Of a DNA stretch of 64,000 bases, positions 20,600 through 30,076 are shown in pieces; the first letter of the stretch is position 1, and every line of letters starts with the position of its first letter. The stretch is from Alphaproteobacteria bacterium. Its GTDB lineage: Bacteria > Pseudomonadota > Alphaproteobacteria > UBA828. The DNA lies in NCBI GenBank assembly GCA_963422645.2, contig CAXXVO010000012.1:1-64000 (forward strand), given 5' to 3'. Below the pieces are notes generated by a model, which made no database searches, had not been told where the DNA came from, and worked only from the letters and a program-made list of their open reading frames with translations. The position numbers and the translations under genes are program-made.

Positions 20600-21375
20600 T
20601 GTCAATCGGCTTTCAATACTGACCCCCGATCGGCGTGCAAAATTGACCCCCCTGAGTGGCACGGCGGAGGTTGTCCCGGTAGCCAATAGGGGGGACCCGC
20701 GCGGCTTCGTGTGGCGCCCTGCGCTACGCGGAGCGAAGCCGCGTGGGGGGTCCCTGTTGGCCCACCGGGGCAACCGGGCCGCAAGGGAGGCCGGCGGCGG
20801 GTCAGGAGCGGTTCTTGAAGCGCCAGCTCTCGTTGCCGGTCTCGATGATCTCGCAATGATGGGTGAGGCGATCGAGCAGCGCTGTGGTCATCTTGGGGTC
20901 GCCGAAGACGGATGGCCATTCGCCGAAGGCGAGGTTTGTGGTGATGACGATCGAGGTGCGCTCGTAGAGCCGGCTCATCAGATGGAAGAGCAGCTGCCCA
21001 CCGGCCTGGGCGAAGGGCAGGTAGCCGAGCTCGTCGAGGATGACGAAGTCGCGGCGGACGAGCTGGTCTGCAGTGCGGCCCTGGCGTCCGGCGCGAAGCT
21101 CGGCCTCGAGGAGGTTGACCAGGTCGACGACGTTGTAGCACCGGCCGCGCGCGCCCTTGCGGATGCAGGACCGCGCGATGGCGACGGCGAGATGGGTCTT
21201 GCCGGTACCGGTGCCGCCGACCAGCACGATGTTGCGTTTGCCCTCGAGGAAGCCGCCGCCGGCGAGCTCCTGGATCAGGGGCTCGTTGACCGGCGAGGCG
21301 GCGAAGTCGAAGTCGGCCAGCTCCTTGACCGTCGGCAGCTTGGCGGAGGCCATCTGGTACTTGATCGAGCGGGCT
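20600..21375 (-). mobile_element. istB: IS21-family remnant: one terminal repeat plus 5'-truncated istB (20802-21375)
   Basis: End TGTCAATCGG with repeated AAxxxTGACCCC motifs; [29 protein letters not shown]; no istA. Confidence 0.88.
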
Positions 21376-22252
21376 CGGCCGGGGCGCCGAAGTAGCCCGC
21401 GAACTTCTCCATCAGCGCGTCGGCGTCGCGCTTGACGCGCACGCGCGCCGCCGGGTCGAAGCTCTTCGACGGCCGCAGCGAATCCGGGTCGACGCCCGCG
21501 ATCTTCTCCCTCACCTGCTCGCAGAGCCGGGCGAGCTCGTCGTCGCCGAAGATGTTGAGGCGCGGCACCACGTCGACCAGATCGCGGATGTTCGAAATCA
21601 TCGAGTCCCGGAACACCAGCGGCTTGCCGTTCCCGTCCTCCCGCAACCGGTCGGAGACCCGCTCGACCGCCTCGCCGAGGCGACGGTAGAGGTCGCCCAC
21701 GGCGTCGTGCAGGCGCTCCTCGATCTGGCGCTCGATGTCGCGCTTCACGCGGTCGGTGTCGTCGGAGGCGAGCTTCGCCATGAAATGGTCGGCATCCGGC
21801 ACCGGGGTGATGCGGTAGCGGATGGCGAACTTGCCCCGCAGTGCCTCCTTCGAGGGGTAGTCCTCGATGCGGAAGAGCCTGCCGAGATCGATGCGCGCCT
21901 GGTCGACGTTGTTGTCGTAGTCCTCGATGAAGCGGGCGCGCTCGCGCACCATGCGCTCCGTGAGCCCGTCCATCAGCTCGGTGTAGCGCTCGTAGTTGGC
22001 GACGGTGAGCAGCCGGCCCCCCTGGTCGTCCCAGGGCAGGGTCTGCTCGTAATGCGTGGTCCTCGCCTTGCTCACCGTCGAGGTGAGCGCCGCAAAGGCG
22101 CACTTCGGCAACAGGCGCTTGTTGTAGCGCCCGGCGCTCGCAGCAGCGTCATGGGCGGCCGCGACGTGGTTGCTCGCGGCTCGGTCGTAGAGCCGGCCGG
22201 ACCAGGCGGCGATGCGCAGGCTCACGAGCATGGCGTCGTCGGTGAGATTCAT
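21275..22252 (-). CDS. DUF3150-like helical protein (phage/ICE MoxR partner); 3' end runs into istB
   Basis: [13 protein letters not shown]...YNKRLLP...[12 protein letters not shown]...EDYPS...LNIFGDDEL; GGAGG RBS. Confidence 0.65.
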   Translation of the reverse strand: MNLTDDAMLVSLRIAAWSGRLYDRAASNHVAAAHDAAASAGRYNKRLLPKCAFAALTSTVSKARTTHYEQTLPWDDQGGRLLTVANYERYTELMDGLTERMVRERARFIEDYDNNVDQARIDLGRLFRIEDYPSKEALRGKFAIRYRITPVPDADHFMAKLASDDTDRVKRDIERQIEERLHDAVGDLYRRLGEAVERVSDRLREDGNGKPLVFRDSMISNIRDLVDVVPRLNIFGDDELARLCEQVREKIAGVDPDSLRPSKSFDPAARVRVKRDADALMEKFAGYFGAPAEPARSSTRWPPPSCRRSRSWPTSTSPPRRSTSP

Positions 22253-22269
22253 GGGGGCCTCCTTGTCGG

Positions 22270-22419
22270 TCAGCGGTGTGTCCACGCCGGGACGTCCAGG
22301 GCGGCGGCAAGCTTGCGTTTCGCCGCCATGAGGCTCGGCGCGCGCACCGCGTAATCACGCGACGGCGCGTCGCCGGCCGGGTAGTGGGTGACTCGCCAGA
22401 CCATGCCTGCCTTCCTCAT
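22270..22419 (-). CDS. 49-aa hypothetical protein
   Basis: ATGA overlap with the ATPase stop; MRKAGMVWRVTHYP... Confidence 0.4.
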   Translation of the reverse strand: MRKAGMVWRVTHYPAGDAPSRDYAVRAPSLMAAKRKLAAALDVPAWTHR

Positions 22420-23437
22420 TGGGTCCGGGCCGCGGCCCAGCGGATGAAGGCCGGCGAGCGCTGCAGCGCGGGCTCGCGGCGGATGCACGAGCCGACCAGA
22501 AACTCGCCGACCTCCCGACGCAGCCGCGTGGCGTAGGTCACGATGGCGTCGAGGTTCACATCGGAAGCCAGCCGGTAGAGCGATCCGCAGAGCGCGATCA
22601 ACGCGCTCGCGTTCTCCGGAACCTCGGCGTTGCCGGGATCGTCGATGACGGCCCTGGGGTGCGGCAGTTCGCGCCACACCTTCAGGAAGGCCGCGAACTC
22701 GACGGCCGCGGCCTCGCCGACGGCGCCCCGGAACAGCGCCCGCTCGGACGCCGGGTCGAGGCCGTTCCTGCGGCGCACGATGTTGCTCGCGAACTCCCAG
22801 GTCCGGGGACACGCGAAGGCGCGTTCCTTCGACTGCGGGTCGAAGTTGTGCAGGAGCTCCGGCCTCAACTGGATGAAGAACAGCACCTCCGGCGCGATGT
22901 CGTTGGTCGCACCCCAGGCGCACCAGTCGGCGGCGTCGACCCGGATCTCCAAGTGAACGAAGCGGCTGGCGAGCGGGGTCGGCATCCGGTGCACTACCGG
23001 TCGCTCTCCCGGTTGCCGCAGGCGATCAGCGAGGCGCCCCCGGGCAGTTCGTACTCGCCGACCTTGCGGTCGAGCACGAGCTGGTAGAGCGCCGCCTGGA
23101 CCATCGGCACGGCCGAGGGCAGCTCCTCGAGGTTGATGAGCCAACGTCCGGTATCGTCCGAGGGCGGCAGGAAGCCCGGCGGCGCCCAGCGGGTGCGCCC
23201 GGCCTCGTCGCGCCACGGAATGCCGCGCAGGTCCACGGGGTCGAGCAGGAGCGCGCGGACGTCGACATACTCGCGCCCCGCGTCGGCGGCGACCTGCTGT
23301 GCGATCTGCGACTTGGCGGCGCCGGGCGGGCCCCAGACGATGCAGGGCTGGCGGGCATCGACCAGCATCGCGAGCGTCGGGGCCAGCTCGCTCGGGCGCA
23401 GCGTGTAGTCCGCGGAGATGGTGTCGGGTTCGGTCAT
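22416..23437 (-). pseudogene. MoxR-like AAA+ ATPase, frameshifted near 22995
   Basis: WGPPGAAKS, DPVDLRGIP, INLEEL, ACGNRESDR|VVHRMPTPLASRFVHLE, CPRTWE; one added base restores the frame. Confidence 0.82.
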
Positions 23438-23769
23438 GGGCAGGCCTCCGGATGGCGGGGGAACGGCGAAGGCCGGGCCTCTCCGGCGTCCGGCCCTTCG
23501 CCCCTGCCCAGGCCCCGCTCGCGCTCCTGTTGCCGCCGGGCGAGCGACGGGCGCACGACGGCATTGCCGGAGAAACAGTGGTCAGGCGGTTGGTCGTGAG
23601 GCTCCCGCAACGCCGACGCCGCTGGCAAAGTGGCCAGCGCAGGCGCTCTCTGCCCGGCCGCGGAATCGGAACGACCTGCAGGCCGATGGAATCGGCAGGT
23701 CGGGCCGGCGGGCCACTACACGTTGGGATCGGCGCCGACGGGCGCGACCGGAACACCGGTCAACGCCGG

Positions 23770-23974
23770 CAGGGGGGACGCGCGAGGGCGACAGCGTGTG
23801 GCCGATGCGCTGCTCCAGCGCGACGTAGTCTCGATAGAAGACTGGCCGGAGTTCGGCCGCGCGTCGCAGATCGGCGCGCGAGGCGAGGACGGAGAACAAG
23901 GCGATATTGGAGTGTTGGCCGCTCGTCAGCGTCTCGAAGACGCGCCGATGCTCGGAGGTGATGTCGGTCGACAT
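23770..23974 (-). pseudogene. Chimeric remnant: N-terminus of a small ICE protein fused to a PAPS-reductase-family C-terminus
   Basis: MSTDITSEHRRVFETLTSGQHSNIALFSV | LASRADLRRAAELRP...YVALEQRIGHTLSPSR. Confidence 0.4.
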
Positions 23975-24517
23975 GGCGGGATCCCTGGATGATGGGCGCA
24001 GGGGGAGGCGCGGCGGCCTCGCTCGGCCGCCCGCGCCTCGACCGGCCGACCCGGGACTCCGCCTCCCGCCGGCTCGACGGCAAGCGCGGTCATCGCGCTG
24101 CGGACTATCGACTGGCCCGCCGCACCGGAACCGCCGCGAGGATGGGCAGGTGTCGCGGCCGCGTGACGGATGGCTGAGCCGTCCAAATGCGGCGTATTCG
24201 CGATGCCCGGGGGAACTCGCAGCCCCCGCCCCACGGGCGGTGGGCAACGGGGCGAAACGAGGACAACGGGTTGGATAGGCCGTCGCCGGTCCGGGGGTCC
24301 GCATGCATGACGAACCTCGCCGACAGCGCACGGGCTCGGGGCCTACACGGAGCGTGCCTCACGCCGACGGACGGCTCGAATGCTCTCGCGTAGCCTTCTT
24401 GGCGCGCCCCGGGAACCGTCCAGGCTCCTCCCTGAGGGCCAGCAGGGAATGCCGACCAAGGGGCGCAACTCATTCCGGACTGGCGCCGCTCCCGCGCCCG
24501 CGGGTAGCCTCCGGACC

Positions 24518-25222
24518 ATGTGCGGGCGGTTCACTCAACGCTTCTCATGGTCCGATGCGCATGCGTTTCTGCGCCTGAAAGGCCCGGCGTTGAATCGTCG
24601 TCCGCGCTACAACCTTGCCCCGAGCCAGAGCGCCGCGGTGGTGCGGAGCGACGCCGATGGGCGTCGTCTCTCCATGCTGCGCTGGGGGCTCATTCCGGCC
24701 TGGGCGAAGGAGCCGAACATCGGCCACAGGCTCATCAACGCGCGCGCTGAGACCGCCGCGGCGAAGCCTTCGTTCCGGGCGGCGTTCTCGAAGCGCCGGT
24801 GTCTCGTCCCGGCCGACGGGTTTTACGAGTGGCGGCGCGAGGGTTCGGTCCGCCAGCCCTGGCTCATTGCCCCGCGCGACGGAGAGCCGATGGCGTTCGC
24901 CGGACTATGGGAGCGCTGGCGGATGCCTGAAGGCGCGGAACTTCCAGGCTCGCTCGCCGCGTGCCGGCCGGGCGATGTCGTCGAGACCTTCACCATCCTC
25001 ACCACCGAGGCGAACGAGACCATGCGGGCGCTTCACCATCGGATGCCTGCGATCCTCTCGCCGGAGACGTTCCCGCATTGGCTCTCGGGAGAGGACGTCG
25101 AACTCGGACCCGCGTCCGAGGACCTGCTCGTGATGCATCGGGTGGGGCTCGGAGTGAACAACACGCGCGACGACGGCCCCGAGTGCGTCGTCGCGCTTGC
25201 GCCGGGGCAGGAACATGGTTGA
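24518..25222 (+). CDS. SOS response-associated peptidase (SRAP/YedK/HMCES)
   Basis: MCGRF start, RYNLAPSQ, WGLIP, INARAET, ADGFYEW, HHRMP. Confidence 0.92.
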   Translation: MCGRFTQRFSWSDAHAFLRLKGPALNRRPRYNLAPSQSAAVVRSDADGRRLSMLRWGLIPAWAKEPNIGHRLINARAETAAAKPSFRAAFSKRRCLVPADGFYEWRREGSVRQPWLIAPRDGEPMAFAGLWERWRMPEGAELPGSLAACRPGDVVETFTILTTEANETMRALHHRMPAILSPETFPHWLSGEDVELGPASEDLLVMHRVGLGVNNTRDDGPECVVALAPGQEHG

Positions 25223-25273
25223 GAAATGCCAGGGGCGGCGGTGTGCCGACCTCGCGGCGCTTGCCGGACGCAC

Positions 25274-26038
25274 TCACTCACACACGATGCCGTCGCCATC
25301 GCCGTCGCGCATGTAGCGGTACGCAGGGTGATCGCGATGAATGGGCGCGATACCGTGACGGCGCGCCTCCTTGCAGGTAATCCGGCCGTTACGGTTGTCG
25401 TCGTAGCGTGCGAGGGCATCTCTGCCGTCGCCCGGATTCGTGGCGGCGCCGGGATCGGGCGTGGTGGTCGTGTGGCAGATCATGGGCTCCATCGCGGTGC
25501 TCCCGCATCCGACGAGAACCCGCTCCAGCGCGTCCGCCTCGCGGCGGTCGATGGTGAGGCCATAGGCGCGGCGCACCTCGACGATGCGGGCCGCGAACCA
25601 GCACCGGTTGCGGGCCGGAAGCCACTCCGCAGCGTCCCTGGCGCTCTTCGCGTAGCGGTTCACGCTCGGCGAGGCCAGGGTGAGGTTGCGAAGGTCCGTG
25701 GCGAAGCGCGTCCGGGTCGCCCGGTCAGCGGCGCACAGTCCCGAATCGTGAGCTTCGCTCGTGGCGACGACGTGTTCGATGTCCGTTTCGGTCGTGGAGG
25801 CGAAGCAGGTGCCGGTGTAGGGGCCGTAGACCGCACCAAGACGGCGAACGATCTGGCGCTCGATCGACGGTGGATAGCGGTAGTCGCGCTGCCTGTCGTA
25901 GGCGGAGCAGCGATGCTCGGGCGCCACCGTCAGGCCGCGCCACGTCTCGGCCCAGGCAGTGTCGGGAAGCGCCAGGACGGCAAGCGCAGCAAGACAGCAC
26001 GCTGTGAATGCGCGGCGGGCGACCATGGTCCCGGTCAT
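25274..26038 (-). CDS. Secreted HNH-type (DUF1524-like) nuclease with C-terminal Excalibur Ca-binding domain
   Basis: Signal peptide ending AWA; DIEHVV...NLTLA...VN...K; RDGDGDGIVCE; ATGA-coupled to the integrase. Confidence 0.75.
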   Translation of the reverse strand: MTGTMVARRAFTACCLAALAVLALPDTAWAETWRGLTVAPEHRCSAYDRQRDYRYPPSIERQIVRRLGAVYGPYTGTCFASTTETDIEHVVATSEAHDSGLCAADRATRTRFATDLRNLTLASPSVNRYAKSARDAAEWLPARNRCWFAARIVEVRRAYGLTIDRREADALERVLVGCGSTAMEPMICHTTTTPDPGAATNPGDGRDALARYDDNRNGRITCKEARRHGIAPIHRDHPAYRYMRDGDGDGIVCE

Positions 26039-27228
26039 GCTGTCTTGCCGCCGCCCGCCAGATCCGCCCGGAGGCTCGCGGCGACGCGCGCGGCCGAAGC
26101 CTTCACCGAGTCCTGGGCGAGGTGGGCGTAGCGCGCCGTCGTCTGCACCTTCCGGTGGCCGAGCAGCTTGCCGATCATCGGCAGGCTCTCGCCCAGCGCC
26201 AGGGCGCGGGATGCGAACGAGTGTCTGAGATCGTGGATACGCACATCCTTGAGGTCGGCCCGCGCCCGCACGACGAGCCAGGCGTTGTTGAGATCGCTCA
26301 GCCGCGCGCCCGGCTTCGCGCCGACGATGACCCAGGGATTGTCGGGGAGACGCGGCAGGGCCTCGAGCACGCGTTGCGCCGCCGGCGACAGGGCGACGGA
26401 CCGCGCGCCCGTCTTGGCGTCGCGCAGCCGGAGCTCGCCCGCGTCGAGGTCCACGTCCTCCCAGCGCAGCGTCAGGATCTCGTTGCGCCGGCAGCCGGTG
26501 AGCATCAGCAGGCGAAACGCCGCCACCGCGCTCGGATGGACCCTGCCCTCCGCCTCGACCTCGTCCAGCACGCGCCCGAGGCGGCGGAACTCCTCTTCCG
26601 ACAGGAAGCGCTCGCAGCTCTTCTCCTTGTACTTGCGCACGAACCGGCACGGGTTGCCGCCCTCCGGCGCGACCCCCCATAGCTCGGCCATGTAGAAGAG
26701 CCGCGAGAGCATGTTGACGACCTGGTTCGCCATTGTCGGCGTCTCGTGCAGGCTGTAGTGCAGCGACGACACCCGCTCGCGCCCGATCTCGCCGAGACGC
26801 AACTCCCCGAGCGCAGGCAGGAGATGGCGGTCGAGGATGTGCCGACACTGCCGCACCGTGGTGGGTTTGCAGCGCACCATCACGTGTTCCCGCATGTAGC
26901 GCTCGGCCACTTCGGTGACCGTCGGGCCGGCATCGGACTTCGAGGCGCCGTTGCCGAGGACCGGCTCGTTGCCGGCCTTGATGTCGGCGATGACCTGCGC
27001 CGCCTTGCGCCGCGCCTGCTCCGCCGTGATCAGCCCGTGCCGGCCGACGGTCAGCCGCCGCGACTTCCCGTCCGCGCGCGTCTGCACGAGATAGACCCTG
27101 GAACCCGACGGATAGACCCTCACGCCGAAGCCCTGAAGCTCGGAGTCCCAATAGACTGCTTCCCGGTCCCCGACCGGGAGCGCCTCCACGGTCCGCCGCG
27201 AGATCGTCGCGCTGTCGAGCCTTGCCAT
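26035..27228 (-). CDS. Tyrosine recombinase/integrase 2
   Basis: Arm-binding WDSELQGFGVRV; TGCRRNE, K, HDLRH, LGH, TARY. Confidence 0.93.
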   Translation of the reverse strand: MARLDSATISRRTVEALPVGDREAVYWDSELQGFGVRVYPSGSRVYLVQTRADGKSRRLTVGRHGLITAEQARRKAAQVIADIKAGNEPVLGNGASKSDAGPTVTEVAERYMREHVMVRCKPTTVRQCRHILDRHLLPALGELRLGEIGRERVSSLHYSLHETPTMANQVVNMLSRLFYMAELWGVAPEGGNPCRFVRKYKEKSCERFLSEEEFRRLGRVLDEVEAEGRVHPSAVAAFRLLMLTGCRRNEILTLRWEDVDLDAGELRLRDAKTGARSVALSPAAQRVLEALPRLPDNPWVIVGAKPGARLSDLNNAWLVVRARADLKDVRIHDLRHSFASRALALGESLPMIGKLLGHRKVQTTARYAHLAQDSVKASAARVAASLRADLAGGGKTA

Positions 27229-27232
27229 CGCG

Positions 27233-28405
27233 CTACTCCGTCAGGATGTCCGCGCCGATGCTCTCGGCGACCTTGGCCGTCGACGCCCTGACCGACTCCC
27301 GCGCGAGATGGGCGTAGCGCGCCGTCGTCTCGATCTTGTTGTGGCCGAGCAGCTTCCCGATCATCGGCAGGCCTTCGCCGATCGCGAGCGCCCGCGAGGC
27401 GAACGTATGGCGAAGATCGTGAAGCCGGACGTCGTCGAGACCGGCGTGCCTGCGAATGCGATCCCAGGAGTCGTTGATGTTGACCTGACGAGTGCCCTTC
27501 TTCCGGCCGGGGAATACCCACGGATTGCCGGCGACGCGCGGCAGCGCCGCCAGGACCTCCGATGCCGCCGGCGGCATCGGGACGATTCGCCCTCCGGTCT
27601 TGCTGTCGCGAAGCCGCATCTCGCCCGCCTCGAAGTCCAGGTCGTCCCAGGCAAGCCCCATGATCTCGTTGCGTCGGCATCCGGTCAGCACCAGCAGCCG
27701 GATCGCCGCCGCCGCGTGCCGCGAGGCGAGGCGCTTCGCGGGCGCGATGTCGAGGGTTCGGCCGAGCCGTGCGAGCTCCGCGGGCGTCAGGAACCGCTCC
27801 TTGTGCGGATCGACCTTGTAGCGGCGCACCGACCTGCACGGGTTCCGGCCGGGCGGGCGCATCTCCCATTGCTCGGCCAGGTTGAACATCTTCACCAGGA
27901 TGTCCACGCACCGGTTCGCCACCGTCGGCATGTCGCTCAGATGGAACTGGAATTTGAGGATGTCCTTGCGCTCGACGTCCGCTACCCGCAGTTCGCCCAA
28001 GCGCGGCACGATGTGCTTGCTCAGCATCAGACCGTAGTGCTTCACGGTATTGGGCTTGCAATGCATCGCGACGTATTCGCGCCGGTAGCGCCCGGCGAGG
28101 TCGGCTACCGTCGGCGGGGCCTCGGGTTCTGGCTCTAAGGGAGGCAGCCCGGCCTTGATGCGCGCGATGACCTTGGCGGCCTCCTTGCGGGCCTGGTCGG
28201 CCACGATGTCGCCGTGGCGGCCCACGGTGACGCGTCTGGACTTGCCCTTCGAGCGGGTCTGGACGACATACACCTTGCGCCCCGAGGGGTAGACCCTGAC
28301 GCCGAAGCCCGGCAGCTCCCGGTCCCAAAACACCGCGTCCTTGCCGTCGACCGCGAGCCGGTCCACGATGCGCTTGGAGAGGGTTCGGTACTGGCGTTCG
28401 GGCAT
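27233..28405 (-). CDS. Tyrosine recombinase/integrase 1
   Basis: WDRELPGFGVRV; TGCRRNE, HDLRH, LGH, TARY. Confidence 0.93.
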   Translation of the reverse strand: MPERQYRTLSKRIVDRLAVDGKDAVFWDRELPGFGVRVYPSGRKVYVVQTRSKGKSRRVTVGRHGDIVADQARKEAAKVIARIKAGLPPLEPEPEAPPTVADLAGRYRREYVAMHCKPNTVKHYGLMLSKHIVPRLGELRVADVERKDILKFQFHLSDMPTVANRCVDILVKMFNLAEQWEMRPPGRNPCRSVRRYKVDPHKERFLTPAELARLGRTLDIAPAKRLASRHAAAAIRLLVLTGCRRNEIMGLAWDDLDFEAGEMRLRDSKTGGRIVPMPPAASEVLAALPRVAGNPWVFPGRKKGTRQVNINDSWDRIRRHAGLDDVRLHDLRHTFASRALAIGEGLPMIGKLLGHNKIETTARYAHLARESVRASTAKVAESIGADILTE

Positions 28406-28654
28406 GTCCCGGTTCCTGCGACAGGGGCCGTCGCCGGAGCGCGGATCGGATCGCCGCGAGATGCGGGTATTTTCGCGTAAGCAACCCGAAAGCGACCGGC
28501 TCGAAATCGGGGCGCATTGAAGCGCATCGGAGGCGGGAATGCAAGGGGCAAGCTGCGCCATGAAAATCGGAAATATAGATTATTTACAATGGTTTATATC
28601 GGATGAGCGCAAATCCACGCATTCCGGCGCAAGTGGGTCAGGGTGTCGGATAGA

Positions 28655-29074
28655 ATGAGCTTTCTTCTGGACACGAACGTCGTCGTCGCCGCATTTCGAA
28701 GCCGCCGAGGGGCGAGCAACGCGCTTCTCAGGCTGGTCGACGCGCAGCGCGTGACACCCTTGTGCTCCACGGCTTTGTTCCTGGAGTACGAGGCGGTCCT
28801 CAGCCGCACAAAGACGCGCGCCACGACGGGACATAGCCTCGATGACGTCGCCGCGATCATGCGTGCCCTTGCCGCACGTTGCGAGCCGGTGGACATATCC
28901 TTCCGGGTCCGACCCATGTTGCGCGACGCAGACGACGAAATGGTCCTCGAAGCAGCGCTTAACGGGCGAGCCGACGCCATCGTGACTCACAATGTCAGGG
29001 ACTTCGTGTCGATCCGTGACCTGGGGCTTGAGATCGCGACCCCGGGCGACATCGTAAGGAGACTGCTTCCATGA
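28655..29074 (+). CDS. PIN-domain toxin (VapC-like)
   Basis: LDTNVV...LEYEAV...DADDEMVLE...IVTHNVRDF. Confidence 0.88.
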   Translation: MSFLLDTNVVVAAFRSRRGASNALLRLVDAQRVTPLCSTALFLEYEAVLSRTKTRATTGHSLDDVAAIMRALAARCEPVDISFRVRPMLRDADDEMVLEAALNGRADAIVTHNVRDFVSIRDLGLEIATPGDIVRRLLP

Positions 29075-29331
29075 CGGATCCTCGGCGTTACAAGTATCCG
29101 TTGCAACTGCCGGCGTCCTTGAAAGACACGGCTGCACGCCTTGCTCGGGAAGATGGCGTGTCTCTCAACCAGTGGATTGTTGCAGCCGTTGCGCAGAAGA
29201 TTGGCGCCGTCGAAACTGCAGAGGCTTTCCTGCGAGAGCGAGCGGCAGGTTCAGTCTCGGGCGACTTGACGCGCTATCTGGAAAAGGCGCCCGATGCGCC
29301 GCCTGAGACGGGTGACGAACTGTCGCGCTGA
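29071..29331 (+). CDS. RHH/HicB-like antitoxin
   Basis: YPLQLPASL...AREDGVSLNQWI; ATGA overlap with PIN gene. Confidence 0.78.
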   Translation: MTDPRRYKYPLQLPASLKDTAARLAREDGVSLNQWIVAAVAQKIGAVETAEAFLRERAAGSVSGDLTRYLEKAPDAPPETGDELSR

Positions 29332-29385
29332 CTCCCCTCGCCCGTACCGCATGACGAGCCCATTCCGAGCCAGCGAGGATCGACC

Positions 29386-29841
29386 ATGGCCTATCTTCTC
29401 GCCATCCATGTCCTGAGCGCCGTCGTCTGGGTGGGCGGCATGTTCTTCGCCCTGCTCGTGCTGCGGCCGGCGGCAGGCCCGCTGGAGCCTGCGGTGAGGC
29501 TCGCGCTCTGGCGCCGGGTGTTCGCGCGTTTTTTCCCGGCTGTCGGTGTCTCGGTGCTGGCAATGCTCGCGACCGGCCATGCGATGATCCTGGTCGAGCT
29601 CGGGGGTTTCGGAGCCATCGGGATGTCGGTGCATCTGATGGAGGGCACCGGCGTTCTCATGGCGCTGCTCTATCTCTGGCTTCTCGTCGGCCCCTATCGC
29701 CGCTTCCTGAGGGCGCTGGATGCGGGAACGCTCCCGGCCGCCGGCCGCGCGATCGAGAGCATCCGCTGGATCATCACCGTCAACCTGGCGCTTGGCGTCG
29801 TGACCCTGGTGCTCGCCACCACCGGCCGCTATTGGGGCTGA
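29386..29841 (+). CDS. CopD/DUF2269-like membrane protein
   Basis: HVLSAVVWVGGMFF; four hydrophobic segments. Confidence 0.7.
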   Translation: MAYLLAIHVLSAVVWVGGMFFALLVLRPAAGPLEPAVRLALWRRVFARFFPAVGVSVLAMLATGHAMILVELGGFGAIGMSVHLMEGTGVLMALLYLWLLVGPYRRFLRALDAGTLPAAGRAIESIRWIITVNLALGVVTLVLATTGRYWG

Positions 29842-30076
29842 GAGACGCGGGCGCATTCGGCCAAGTTCCTTACTGGCGTGCGACCACCTCACACACAACT
29901 TTTTGTGAATAGGAAATGAAGAATGCCACAATACTGTATTGCCTGTAGGGCAACAGTATTTCTAATACGAAATCGCAGCGGGATCAAAAAATACAACAGT
30001 GAAACGCACTAATATTACGAAGTGTTAATTTGACATTTCACGCCTTCACGACCGATATAGGGTGAAGGGGGGTTCC

